Assembly (NCBI RefSeq): GCF_009914755.1
Contig: NC_060947.1
Strand: one strand, 5' to 3'
DNA length: 64,000 nt
Source: the human T2T-CHM13v2.0 reference genome, Homo sapiens
Made by a program: the position numbers and the translations under genes. The notes beneath the pieces were generated by a model that saw only the letters and a program-made list of their open reading frames with translations, was not told the DNA's origin and ran no database searches. This document shows positions 25,866-39,500 of the stretch, piece by piece (the first letter of the stretch is position 1; the number at the start of each line of letters is the position of its first letter).

Positions 25866-28040
25866 ATCTGTAGGTCTAGAAATACTTGTTTTGTGAACCT
25901 GGGTGCTCCAATGTTGGGTGCATATTTATTTATAATAATTAAGTCTTCTTGTTGAATTAAACTCTTTATTTTTATGTAATTCTTTCTTTGTCCCTGTTCA
26001 CTGGTTTTGTTTGTTTGTTTGTTTAAAGTCTATTTATCTAAGAATAGCCACCCTTGCTCTTTTTTTTTTTCCATTTGGGTTTATCTAACCCTTTACTTTG
26101 AGCCAAACAGTGTTGTCACATGTGACATGGGTCTCTTCAAGACAGCTGAAAGATGTGTCTTTTTTTATTCAACTTGCCACTCTGTGCCTTTTAAGTGGAG
26201 CACTTAGACCAGTTAACATTCAAAATTACTATTGATATGTGAGGTTTTGATCTTATTATGAGGTTGTTAGCTGATTGTTTTGTAGCTTCTATTGTGTATT
26301 TGCTTTATATGGTCAGTGGGCTATGTACTTCAGGGTGTTTTTGTGGTAGCAGGTATTGTTTTTTTGTTTCCATGCTTAGAACTCCCTTAAGGATACCTTG
26401 TAAGGCTAGTCTACTAATAACAAATTCCCTTAGTGATTGCTTGTTTGGAAAATGTTTTATTTCTAAAATGAAATTAGAAAAAACTATTCTAAAATTCATA
26501 TGGATCCAAAAGAGAGCCTGAATATCCAGTGTAATCCTACACAAAAAGAATAAAGCTGGAGGCATTTACCCAACCTAAAACTATAGTATATGAACTTACC
26601 CAGCTTTATACTATAAGGCTAGAGTAACCAAAATAGCATGATACTGGTACAAAAACAGATACATAAACCAATGGAACAGAATGGAGAACCCAGAAATAAA
26701 GCTACACACGTACAACCATCTGATCTTTGACAAAGTCAACAAAAACTAGCAATGGGAAAAGATCTCCCTATTCAATAAGTGATGCTAGGATAAGTGGCTA
26801 GCCATATGCAGAAGAATGAAACTGGACAGATATCATTCACCATAGACAAAAATCAACACAAGATGGATTAAAGATTTAAAGGTAAGCCCTCAAACTATAA
26901 AAATCCTAGACGCAAACCTAGGAAATATGATTCTGAACATGGGCATTGGGAAAGAATTTATGGCTAAGTCCTCAAAAGCAGTTGCAAAGGAATAAAAATT
27001 GACAAGTGGGATCTAAATAAACTAAAGAGCTTCTGCACAGGAAAACAAAACATCAACAAAGTGAACAGACAACCTACATAATGGGAGACAATATTCACAA
27101 ACTATGCATCTGACAAATATCTAATATCCAGATCCTATGAGGAACTTAACCAATTCAATAAGGAAAAATGAAATGACCCCATTAAAAAGTAGGCAAAGAA
27201 CATGAAAAGACACTTCTCAAAAGAAGTCATGCAACCAATAAAAATACTAACAAATGCTCAACATCAATACTCATCAGCAAAATGCAAATCAAAGCCACAT
27301 TAAGATACCATCTCACACCAATCAGAGTATCTATTGTTAAAAAGTCAAAAGCAACAGATGCTGACAAGGCTGTGGAGAAAGGGGAATGCTTATACACTGT
27401 TGGTGGGAATGTAAATTAGTTCAGCCACTGTGGGAAACAATTTGGAAATTTCTCAAAAAACTTAAAACAGAACTACCATTTAGACCAGCAATCACATTAC
27501 TGGATGCATACCCAAAGGACAATAAATCATTCTACCAAAAAGACACATGAACTTGTATGTTCACTTCAGCACTATTCACAATATCAAAGACATGGAATCA
27601 ACCTAGGTGACCACCAACAATGAACTGGATAAAGAAAATGTGGTACATATTACACAGTGGAATACTATGCAGGCATATAAAAAGAACAAAATTATGTCCT
27701 TTGCAGCAGGCAGCGGTATGATTGCAGCTGGAGGACATTATCCTGAGCAAATTAATTCAGGAACAAAAAAACCAAATACCGTATGTTCTCACTTGTAAGT
27801 GGGAGCTAAACATTGGGCACACGTGGACATAAAGATGGGAAAAATAGACACTGGGGACTACTAGGGAGGAGAAATGGAAAGGGAGGCAAGGGCTGAAAAA
27901 CTATTGAGTATTATGCTCACTACCTGGGTAATGGGATCATTCATACCCCAAACTCAGCATCACATGATATATCCATGTAACGAACCTGCACATGTACTCC
28001 CTGAGTCTAAAATAAAAGTTGAAATTTTAAATAAAGAAAA
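25866..28040 (+). mobile_element. L1PA15/16-like insertion with inverted 5' segment (antisense 25866-~26464, sense ~26465-28040)
   Basis: Antisense EN/inter-ORF/ORF1-end sequence joined to sense ORF2 'aaattagaaaaaactattctaaaattcatatgg' and 3' UTR 'tggacataaagatgggaaaaatagacactggggactac'. Confidence 0.85.
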
Positions 28041-28669
28041 TTCAACAAATCCATTTACTCCTTTTAAAAGTTTTAGTGGACTTAATTCCTCAAACTTCTC
28101 ACTGAATAAGTAGTAAAAGCATATTAAGTGGTGCAAAATATTAACAACTATGAAATAGTGGCCAAAGTTCTAGCAGACAATAGGAGTAGTTTCCATTACA
28201 GAAAGTTAAAACAATGCCCTGAAATAATGATGGAAATTTAACTGATCTTAAGAAAATAAACCACCTTCTACCTCTCAGTCTTTCTAGGGAGGTCAGGGAT
28301 ATTTTATCAAACAACAACCATTCTCCATTATTATTTGCGTTGAACTCTAATTCTCAGATATGCTATGTGATCTTAGTAAAGGAGATAGGAAGTGGAGCTT
28401 TGTAACTTAGAATGTTAAATAAGCATAGGTGAATACTAAGCATAAAAGAGCTATGGGAATACTCTATCTTGAATGTTATAGTTATTAAGTTGTTTCTAAC
28501 AAGTTGACACCTATAGACTGATCCAGAGTATTTATATGTGACCAAACACTATTTTTGAAGTTATAACAGTTTTTTTTTCTAGTATTTTATCCCTTTTCCT
28601 TTCATTACCTCCCCCCACCCAATTCAGGCCTATATTTATGGTTTCACTGCTTCAGGGAACAAGAGATAA

Positions 28670-28990
28670 TTAAATTATTCAATAAATAAATGTGTGTGTG
28701 TATCATGCAGTGTTCTAGGTCCTGGAAATATAGCTATTAAAAAGAAGAAAAATTGGGAAAGAAGAATAAATACATTAATAGATAATAGAAATTCAGGCAA
28801 TAAGTGCTATGGAAAAATAATAAAATGAGGTAAGGAGATGGAGAATGATAGTTATAACTCTAAATAGATGTGTTAGAGAAGATCTCCCTGAGGAAGTGAT
28901 ATTTAAGTGGAGATATGAATGAAGTGAGGGAGTGAACATGCAATTATCTGGGGAACCAGTTTTCTGGAAGAATGAATAACAAGTTTACTA
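28670..28990 (-). mobile_element. L2 3' fragment
   Basis: 'cagtgttctaggtcctggaaatatagc...taagtgctatggaaaaataa...gaatgaagtgagggagtgaacatgc'. Confidence 0.7.
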
Positions 28991-29599
28991 TGATTGCTTG
29001 ACCACTGTGACCTTAACACATTTGGTTCAAAGGTTCCGTTATGGTCATCCAGAGGTGTTCCTTTCCTAATTCAACATCAGCCAGCCTCCCATCCAATGAC
29101 TTTGAAAAGCTTAGCAGACACAGCTTGAAATCACCCTCCATAAGTTGGGACAATGAAATGGATTATTCCACATCTCATAATAAGAACACCAAGCAACAAA
29201 TTTGGGAGATTCTTCCTCACTAAATTTACTCCTGTTTTGTACTTCGGGCTTGTTGCTTCTGTTTTCTGAAATTCTATAAAGCATGGACCATATATAAGAA
29301 TAAATAAAACTGAGTTAGTTTGAAGTGAAAATGGAGCTGTTTAAGAGGAAGAAGTAACTTTTAAATGCTGGGTGAAATAAACAATCAGAAAAATGGTGAA
29401 GAAAGCTTTAAGATATTTCTGAAGGCAACAGAAAAGTTACATATAAAACACTTAGCATATAAATAACATCAATAAATCATATATCATTTATGGCATTAAT
29501 TATTAAGTAATGATAGATTCAGGTATATTTAATCATGATTAATATTTACCATGAATACAAATAAAAACAAAATGCATATTTTCCAGAAAACAAAGGAAT

Positions 29600-30050
29600 C
29601 AAATATAAATAAATATTTTCTACTAAAAAAGAAAATAGGTATGAAAGAAATCATAAAACATGATGATAAAATAAGAACAAACTTACTATTTCCAAAAATA
29701 ATTTTAAAGTTAGTTGCTCTCTCTTAAAAAAAAAAAGGCTCTGTGATTGGTTTTAGAGATAAATTTATCTATAGGATATTACAAGATATATTTCTAAAGT
29801 TAATGAAATACGAAGATTAAAATTACATATTAGGAACAGATATATCAGCCAGATATGTTCACAAGAAAGGAGATTCAGACTATTAATATTTTATAAAATA
29901 AATTCGTGGTAAAAGGATGAATTGGGACAACTTTTTAACTTTTGGACAAATAATACAACACACAATGCAGCTATAATTGTCATCATAACCATAAGTGTTC
30001 ATTCTTTAAATAACATTCTATAAAATATAAAAATAAAATGTTCTTTGAAA
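29600..30050 (+). mobile_element. Highly decayed L1ME-type EN-region fragment
   Basis: A-rich sequence with weak similarity to the L1 ORF2 start ('gatatatcagccag...ctattaatattttataaaataaattc'). Confidence 0.4.
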
Positions 30051-30599
30051 TACAACTTAGCTGAGACTGCTTCAAAGGGGTAGTGAAGTAAGAAAGCAGC
30101 ATTCAAATCTTTAGGCATATCCCAATGCTTCAGGGAAAGAACTGGTAAAAAGGATGTGTTCTTCCATTCTTTTTCACAAGTTACACAAAACCTAGAAAAC
30201 TCTAAAGCTAAGGAAAAACAAGGTTTCAAGGAATAGATGACAGAGGACATATTCATCATTTCTCAGCCCATGAGAATACAGGTTTGGAAGCATCAACAGG
30301 AGCATTTATCTGAAAAGTCCTGCAGGAGATTTTCCACTGAGAGAAATATCTGGAAGTGGAGAAAGACTCGTCTAGAATATAGAATAAATAAACCTAAGCA
30401 ATCTCATAACAGAAAGTAGAAGCACTAGCTAATGTGACACGGGACTAAAAATGCCCTGACAGGCTAATGAAGATGGAAAAATATAGAGAAAAGAAGAGAG
30501 TTTTTTTTTTTTTAAACGGGGAAAGCAAGGCAAGACTCTTTAGAATATTGCCATATCCCTTATTTCACAAAATGATGATATACTTCTTTGGATTACATA

Positions 30600-31095
30600 T
30601 CACCATTAGTAACAAAAACCTAGAAAATAATGGTTTAACAAATGAGTAATTTTCTCACATGAGAATTCCTGCATTGGGTAATCCAAAGGTGATAAGGTGG
30701 CTCCACAAAGCCATTAGGACCCCAGGCTCCTTTTCCTATTCTCCTCTGACTTCCTTAGCATATAACCTCTATCCTTATAGTCATTGCAAGGTCATAAGAT
30801 GGCTGCTTTACTTCCAGCTTCATGTCCAGGTATGGAAAAAAGGAGGAATCAACAAGGAAGAAGTAGTGGCATTTATATCAAGAATGCAAAACCCTTCCAG
30901 ATGTCCTAGCAGAATTCCCCTCATGTCTCATCGCCCAAAACTACATCTTATGGTTATTTCTAGGTACAAGGGAGACTAGAAAATGTAGTAAATGTAATAT
31001 TTTAGTTGGGCATGTTGCTTTCATGAACAAAATTGAGGTTCTATAAGTTAATAAGAAGGAATATCAATATTGGTTAGGCCAACAGCAGTTATCTA
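30600..31095 (-). mobile_element. Old ERVL LTR (LTR33-like)
   Basis: 'agtaacaaaaacc...gtggctccacaaagccattaggacccaggctcc...ggtcataagatggctgc'. Confidence 0.6.
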
Positions 31096-31465
31096 CCTTA
31101 GATAATGATGTTAATTGTTACATTTTTATGCATTTATTTGTGGAGTTTTATTATAACTTTACCTGGTGAAATAAGAAGTTGGAAGCACACATTAGCCTAT
31201 GACACTATTTTTTTTCTAATTTTACTGGTTCTTGAAACCTAAAAGTCTTAGAATCACTGAGTTAATTACCTTTCTCAAGGTTATTTATACTATGTTATCA
31301 GAGTCAAGATTTTAACCCATATCTAACTCCAAAGCCCAAGGTCTTTCCAAGAAGTGAACTGCCTCTCATAGATTACTGAAAGTTAACTCAACTACTCCTC
31401 TTCCTGGAAAATTTTAATGTCCCTCCAAGCAGGTTGCTTACTCATCTGCCAATATATATCCCAAA

Positions 31466-31502
31466 TTTGTTTGTTTGTTTGTTTGTTTGTTTGTTTGTTT
31501 TT
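31466..31502. repeat. (GTTT)8 microsatellite
   Basis: Perfect tetranucleotide run. Confidence 0.95.
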
Positions 31503-33055
31503 CCACTGCACTGCTCAAATGAAATAACACAGCACAACACAAGTTCCACATTCAAGAAAGCAAATTATTTGAAAAGCTCAATAAGATAAATAGTCTCTTC
31601 TATAGCTGTTTAAATAAAATGGCATCTGATAATAAGTTACTGTTTTGACCTTTATTATATGTGTAAATACAGATCTGTGCCATGTGTTTGAAAAATCAAA
31701 AGGCTTAACTTTCATGGTTTTAGCATTGGGAGACATAGAATTTCTCTTCATGTTTGACACAAAGATATGTTTAATTTTTTGATTCTCTTTAAAAATAGAG
31801 TCACTTTTTCACTTTGAAACTGGCTAATAAATGGAATTGAGCTCAGGGAATCATCTCACTTTCTCTTTTGGCCACCAACCTGCTGTGCTAGCTGCCAGTA
31901 CCTTTTCAATCTCTGTGTAAGTCAATTGTTTCCATTTGTAAAACAGGGAGAATTATAGTTAGGAAACAAAGAGAAGAACAGTGAAGCGTAGCATGAAAAT
32001 TTCAGAGTTTTCAAATAAAAAAGCCAAAAAGGATATAAATAACCTATCTTTTCAAGGCAATTAAATAACTTTGAATTAAACATTTCTTAAACATAACATA
32101 CTGCCTTAGGATATAAGCAGCCGTATATTTATCACACCCGAGCCGATATGCCACAGAAAATGTAACAGCTAAATTGATTTGATTTGGAACTCATCATTTG
32201 GTTCAGAAAAGAAAGAGAATGGAGTGCCTATTGTCTAAATCTTTGCTCTCTTACTCACTCTTTCACCCAATGCAATCAGTTAAGGGTTAAATACACCACC
32301 TGGAATTAAGGTGGCCAGTCAAATTCACAGGATATTGGATTTCCAGGGTACTTAACCATGACTACTCATGTTATAAAACAAACAAAAACATAACAAGGAC
32401 ATACTACTTGAATAGTTATCAGGCAAATGAAGATATTAGTCACATTAGAGAGCAACATCATATCCTCAAAACCTGCACGGTGTTCAGTTATCAATATATC
32501 AAAATACAATTATGATTGGGGAGTAATCTTTCATGAGTTCACAGTTTACCATTAGATACCCATTTTGCTAATAGGAAAAACAAAAGCCAAAAAAGAAACT
32601 CACCAAAGTGTTCTCTGGAATTGAGGGTTGTGATTACTCACTTTCTGATCTTCCACAAACACCCCAATCTGTCTTGCTATGGCTCTTTTGCTTCAGCCAC
32701 CAAAATTGAGCTCAGTCTAAAATGCAGTATCAACCAATTTATTTGACTTTCTGTAAATATCTATAGACTTAACTTCCTCCTCTTCTTTTTCTTTCTCCAC
32801 CTGAATCAGTTTAATCTACAAAAAATAGTAGTAAAATTCTTAAGAGGATTCTCAAATGTTCATGAAACCTGAAGCTGTATTCTACAGTGCAGTTTTCTGC
32901 AGTATTCCATAATAACATCCACCATATTGTTGCATATTAACAGATCTTTTTCCATCATTTCTGCTGGGTCGTCAAAAAAGTAATAAACATTTCCTTGAAG
33001 TTATCTGCACTGCCAAAGACTTATTCTAAAGCAACAAAACAAGTCACCAAAAGTA

Positions 33056-33739
33056 CAGTCGTCCTCTCTCATCAATGGCTTTGCTTTCCATGGTTTCAGT
33101 TAGCTACTGTCAGCAGAAGTAAAAAAATATTAAATAGAAAACTCCAGAAATAAATAATGTATAAATTTTAAATTGTGCTTTTTTTCTGAGTAGGGTAATG
33201 AAATCCCTGGCTGTTTCATTCTGTCCTGCACAGGATATGAATTATTTCTTTGTCCAGAGTACCCACCACTGTCTATGCTAACTGCTTTACTGGTCATCAA
33301 AATAGTCATGGCTTGATGATCCAGGATTACCTGAAGCAGATAATTCTCCTGACGTATTGTCAGTTCAACAGTAGCCTAATGCTACGTCACAATACCTTCA
33401 TCATTCACCTCACTTCTTCTCATCACCTAGGCATTTTATCATGTTACATCATCACAAGAAAGGTGAGTACAACACAATAAGATATTGAGAGAGGGAAAGG
33501 GAGAGACCACCTAACTTTTATTACAGTATATTTCTATAATTGTTCTAATTTATTAGTCATTGTTTATCTCTTACTGTGCCTAATTTATAAATTAAATTTT
33601 ATCATAGATATGTATGTGTAGGAAAAAAGAAAACTTAGTATGCATATGGTTCAGTACGATATATACTAAGAAATCCAAGGTTTCAGGTACCCACTGGTAG
33701 CCTTGGAATATATTTCTTGTGGGTAAAGAGAAACTACTG
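33056..33739 (+). mobile_element. MER44 (Tigger7-derived) DNA transposon
   Basis: Ends 'ta|cagtcgtcctctctcatc' and 'gtaaagagaaactactg'; internal 'aggtgagtacaacacaataagatattgagagag'. Confidence 0.85.
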
Positions 33740-34022
33740 TGTAAGTTTAGAACTTTTAAATCTTTTACATGAATACATTATAGAAGGTATAATATTTCAA
33801 GCACTGTGTGACCCTTTTTCATTTCTCAAGTTGTGAAGAATTCCATTCCTGGCATACTTCTTTAATATAATCAAACCATAGTTGAAATTCCTGTGGAAAT
33901 AGTTTCCACCTTCTATATCTAGCGGTTTTGTTTTATTGTCTTTTCCTGCTGTACATCCAACAACATCAGTCCAAGATCCAGAGGCAGCCACCAGCTTCTT
34001 AGTGCTTGCTCAGATTGTGTAA

Positions 34023-34189
34023 ATTTTTTTTTAGTTTCTTAATCGATAAATAATATTTGTACATATTTATGGTATACAAGTGTACAGTGTGTAATGATCA
34101 CATCAGGGTATTTAGGCTACACATCACCTCAAATATTTATAGTTTTCTGTGTTTGAAACATTTTATATCTTCTCTTCTGGCTATTTGAA
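34023..34189 (-). mobile_element. L1MA 3' terminal fragment
   Basis: 'ttgtacatatttatggtatacaagtg...gtgtaatgatcacatcagggtattt...catcacctcaaatatttat'. Confidence 0.75.
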
Positions 34190-34395
34190 TGTATTAAAAC
34201 AAAAATGAAAAATGGTTGCTAAAAGAGTAGATTTTAAATGTTATTATTACAAAAAAGATAAGTACGTGAGGTGATAGATATGTCAATTAGCTCAATACAG
34301 TCATCCCATGATGTATACATATATCAAAACATCTCACTGTACCCCACAACTATATACAATTATTACTTGCCAATTAAAGATAAAAACTAAAACAA
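34190..34395 (+). mobile_element. L1MA 3' terminal fragment
   Basis: 'ttgctaaaagagtagattttaaatgtt...gtgaggtgatagatatgtcaattagc...tatcaaaacatctcactgtacccc'. Confidence 0.8.
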
Positions 34396-36065
34396 GCAAC
34401 CCAAACTCCTTGTCAGAATACGAAAAATTACAAATGTCTATGGTCCATCCCCACCAGAAAACAATAAGGGAAAAGTATGTGATACTGTAAAATCCCAGAC
34501 TTCTACATACAATATTTATTCCCAGATGGCACAACTCAGTGCCCCAGTTGAACTGCCAATGTGAGGATTCCCTTTACCACATTCCTCTTGCTATGAGAGA
34601 TTAATATAAGCACTATATTGTTTTGGCTGGGCCCACTTTGTCTTCTGTCATCTTTCTGAAAACTGTTTAGTGGCTAGGGTGGGGGACACTGCTAGCTCTG
34701 TTTTAGAATATAGTTTGAAGCAGATTTATCCAGATAATGTGCCAGAGATCACAGAAAGCACAAGAGCTACCACGAATTTAAAACAATGTGATAGGCACTT
34801 CTCTTTTATCACCTAAGGTGTCTCCATCTATCCTCTAAAGTTGGGAGGGTGCCTGTTCTCTAATCAGGATATTGTTTAGGGGCAGATACACTCATCACCC
34901 TCCAGTTTACCATGATGCTGTTTCTGATACTGTCGGATGACGATGCCAGAGAGGGATCAAGGTATAGGTTGGAACAGTAGGCTATTTTGCTCATTTTTCT
35001 AAATACACACAAACTTGATTTAAGAAAAAAGTAAGGTTATATTCAAACATACAGAGAAAGGGTGGTGAAAATGTGAGAATCATATATTTGGTCTAGCTTA
35101 CACTTCCCATTTTACCATGCAAAAATGCTTGCGATCTTATTGCCTGTATATTCAGTGTATCACTCATGGCCACTCCCTCCTTCCTTATGTTATCCTTTCT
35201 TCTTTCTTCCTGCAGTTCCTGCTTTGATAAATGTCTTTCCTGAAGAAGTCCTTTCTCCTACCTTTTCCCATTAAAATATGCTACTTCGTCTTCAAGAAAC
35301 AAATTCAAAGTATCCTCACATGCTTTATAAAAGGCACATATTCAGGTACTACATTGTTGTCTCCTCAACACATTTCCTGCCACCAGCTAAAAGAAGAGGG
35401 TGAACCTTGGTAGAAATGTCAGGCCTCACATTTCAAATTGCAATTTGCATTTCCTTAAATATCTAAAAACTTAGACACATTTCACATTGTGAAGATTAGT
35501 TTTCTGCCAAAATCCTTCAATAGATCTGCATAAGAGGCATAATCTCTGATTAGCTTAACTTCAATCTTATAATGTCAGAGACACATTTTTCTCTTTCATG
35601 ACGGGGTTGCATTACAAAGCCATCTTCCATTATCTTGGTCTTGAAAGACACTGAGCCCATCTGATCTTCCCTAATTTCTGGATGTTTTTTCCCCACTGGA
35701 GATTATGAATGTGTCCTAGTATTAACAGAAAGCTGCAAACTCCTTGTCAAGTATGATTCTTTTTAACCCAGCAAAGCCTTCCATGGTGTTCCACCACTCC
35801 TGTTTATATTCCTTGCATTCCAAAAAACTTGATAGCTTTTATTATCTCAAATGTTACCTTTGCCTTTTTGTTTTTCCTACTTTGCTCATGCCATGCTGTC
35901 TGCTATTCTTTGTATTTCCTTCTCTGTCCAAAAATCTTACCTACTCTTCAAGTTCCGCCTTTCAAACTATTTTTTCATGAAGACTTCCCTGATCAGCACA
36001 ATTACCAATCATCTTTATCTACTAAGCTTCAGTAGCACTTTATAATCATCTTATATCATCTTTAT

Positions 36066-36295
36066 TGTAGCAGTTTAGTATAACAAACTTGGATTTCAGA
36101 TTAAGAATTAATTAGAATTAGATTCTAACTCATATTTTCTAGCTGTGTGAAATTGGACAAGACATTTAACTTCTATGAGCCTTAGCTTTCACATTTGTAA
36201 AATTTGGGGAAACAAGATTATTATTAAACTTATGTAAGATTGTATGCAAAAGACATTTAGCAAACTGGTTGTCACACAGTAGATATTCAATAAAT
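36066..36295 (+). mobile_element. MIR SINE
   Basis: Core 'ctagctgtgtgaaattggacaagacatttaacttctatgagccttagctttcacatttgtaaaat'. Confidence 0.75.
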
Positions 36296-36755
36296 ATAAT
36301 TTACCTTCCCATTTTGAAATTCTGTTTGGAGTATTTTGTTATATATTAAAATACTTGAGATTGTTGTTTAGTGACTTCCTATATACTCACTTTCTCCCTC
36401 CCAACTTGATTGTAATCTCAAGGTTAAAAAACATTTATTTTGTTTTTCTCTACATTGAATCTAATATTGTATTACACACACAATAGACACTTAAGAAATG
36501 CTTATTAATGTTATGCATTCCAGAACTCATCTGGTACATATATTCAAAACCATTGAATGTGTACTTCAAATGGGTGAAATTTATGGTGTGCAAATTATAC
36601 CTCAAATCTCTTTAAAAATAAAAAGAACTCATTCTACACTACTATATGATCCAGCAATGAGAAAAGATCTTGAGATTAATAAATTTTGGGGGTAGACATT
36701 TATATTATTTACCAATATTTAGTTCTCTAGTTCTCGTCTACTTCTAGGTATGTGA

Positions 36756-37236
36756 TGTTAAAGAAAAATGATATTAGACATACTTGTTAAAATGGTTAGG
36801 TCGAGTTCATTCAGGGGAATTACTACAATGGGGCTTTAGAATAGGAGAGAGAGATTGGACTCAACTCCAAATACAACAAAGAAAAGTTAGGGATTTATGG
36901 TCAAGGAGCACAGGAGTTTGGGTGGTGGTGGATGGAAAATTACATACTAAGAGTGTAGGGTAAATCTTTGTTAAACTGACCTAACAAGATTCTTGCTGAA
37001 GGCAGGCCACAGTGATCAGATATCACCTGGGGCTGGTGCAGGATAAGAAAGCCAATCAGATATCAAAGTCTATAAGATATTAACGTTGAGGAATTCAGAG
37101 TAAACCAATTTCACCATATTCTTGCTAAAATCTGGTGATGCAAAGATGAGCATGAATATCTGAATGTCGAGGTCTAGTCTGGAAGATAATTCAGAAGAAC
37201 CTGACTAGAATTTGGTCAAAGATACACTCTTTATCA
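36756..37236 (-). mobile_element. Solo ERV1 LTR (MER31-like)
   Basis: TG...CA termini; 4-bp TSD gtga at 36752-36755 and 37237-37240; 'ggagagagattggactcaactccaaatacaacaaag'. Confidence 0.7.
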
Positions 37237-37541
37237 GTGAGAAGATTTTATTTTCCTGCTCCCTTAAAGGAAGGCATAGATATTTGACTGTCCTTGGCTA
37301 ATGAAATATGATTGGAACTGGCATATCACTTCAGTCTGGAAATATTTAATTCCTGGTTATGATCTCTTTAGTGCTTCTTTCCCTACCAAGGCAGTTGAGG
37401 AAGAAGTCTCATGTAGATATAACAGTAGAAAAGATTAAAGTAGCCAGAATTACTAAGTAGGAAGGATAGCTGCCCTGAAGAGTCACACATACCTGCAGTA
37501 GATTTTGATTAAGCTGGAAATCAATATTTGTCACAATAAGC

Positions 37542-38125
37542 TTCATTTAGCAGAATTCTAAACTGGCTCCTAGTAGCCTTGCTCTCTAGTGTACATCGTC
37601 TGTCTAATCATATCTCTTGGAGTGTGAAAGGACCCATGACTATGATGGCATAGTCACTTCCATGGTTAGTTACTTTATATGGCAAAGGTGATGGGATAGT
37701 TACATTTTTTACATTAGACAGACTCCTCTGTAGCAGACTAAGTGAGACTTTCCTGCTGGCATTGAAGAAATAAGCTGCCATATTGTAAGACAGCCACATG
37801 GTATGACCTGAGGACAACATGTAGGAATTCAGAGTGACTAACTGGCAGCCAGCAAGAAAACTGAGACCTCAGTCCACAACTTCTAGGAACTGAATTCTTT
37901 CAATAATTTGAAAGAGCTTGGAAAGGAACCTCAAGCCTAAGATGAGATCACAGACCCAGCTGACAGTTGGATTTCAACCTGGTGATACCCTGAGTAAAGA
38001 AACTAGGTACACTGTGTCAGGACCTATGACTCATATGAACTTACTCATAGAAACTGTCAGATAATAAATAGGAATCGTTTAAGTTGCCAAGAATTTTTGT
38101 TATGCAGCAATAGAAAACTAATATA
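37542..38125 (+). mobile_element. MLT1E/F-like MaLR LTR
   Basis: Ends 'tgttatgcagcaatagaaaactaatata'; 5-bp TSD taagc at 37537-37541 and 38126-38130. Confidence 0.75.
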
Positions 38126-39205
38126 TAAGCCAGTTAGATCCTTGTGTTACTTGTTTTGCATAGCCTAGCCTACGCTGACTGATGTAGCATCCTAAGCACA
38201 TACTTTTATGAGCCATCTCATAAGAAGGGAATAAAAAAAGACCCTTTCTTAATGGCTAGCCCTACATTTGTAAATGAAGGTACACTGCTGAATTATAAAG
38301 ACTATGTGTATTTCCATCCTAATTATTTGCTTTGCATTTTACTGCACTGTAACAATGGAACAATCACAAAAATAATCTATAAGGAATATGCTGAGTGGAA
38401 TGATTTTTCATCAGTAAAGCAGAAGACCATTCTTAAAGTACTAAAAGTATATTGAGTATTTTTGCATTTACACATTGAAACAAAATGGTATCATTGGGTT
38501 TTCTCTTTAAGTTAGCAGGGCTAGTACTATTGCATTTTGACTCCCGGGCTTGATCTTAATTTTATGCCATATAAATTCTGTAATAAAGTTCTTTTCTAAT
38601 ACGTAAACACATAATCTTTCATTCAGTGACCAATGACTCTGAAGCACCAACAACATGAAATATTGAGATGAAAAATTTACTGAATTTATAATTTCTACAA
38701 ATAAAGTACACTAGAATATCATTACAGTATAGCTTAATTATTATAAAAATTTATATAAGTTAGGGGACAAATTGGTCAAAATAGTGGAAACTGTATCACA
38801 GCACTATGTAAGAGGTAAAATCTGCACTATGAAGTATTATTCCACTACATGGCTAGGCTTACTCATTGGAGAATGGTGCACTGCTTCATGGTAAGATTAA
38901 TAGTCTCCCAGAAGTCTTCTCACTCCAATGATGCACCTCGCTCACCTGTCCCAGATGCCCATATCTACTATTAGAGATGAATTTACTTAGATACATATTC
39001 CTTGTCCTTTGCTATTTAGCAACTATCTCTAGGAGTGATATCATTTTAATTTTCATTATACATTTATATTTTGAGTATAGATGCTCTATCATGCCCTTTC
39101 AAGAAAACATTATTTTGATAGGAAAATAAGTAGAGATTCTCGATTCCTGAAGGAAAGTGCCAAGATGTTGTAGAGATGGGTTGAGAGAAGCATCAGAAGG
39201 AAACT

Positions 39206-39500
39206 GCTGGGCGCAGTGGCTCATGCCTGTAATCCTAGCACTTTGGGAGGCTGAGGTGGGTGGATCACTTGAGGTCAGGAGTTCAAAACCAGCCTGACCA
39301 AAATGGTGAAACTCCCATCTCTACTAAAAATACAAACAAATTAGACAGGTGTAGAGACGGGTGCCTGTAATCTCAGTTACTCAGGAGGCTGAGGAGAATT
39401 ACTTGAACCCAGGAGGCAGAGGTTGCAGTGAGCTGAAATTTTGCCACTGCACTACAGCTTGTGTGACAGAGCATGAGAGTCTGTCAAAAAAAAAAAAAAA
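39206..39500 (+). mobile_element. Full-length AluS-type element
   Basis: Dimeric Alu with poly(A). Confidence 0.93.

Larger units (their letters stand above)
36690..38178 (+). mobile_element. Old MLT1 (I/J-like) LTR split by two younger LTRs
   Basis: Pieces rejoin across TSDs gtga and taagc; motifs 'gactgtccttggctaatgaaatatga' and 'gcatagcctagcctacgctgactgat'. Confidence 0.6.
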
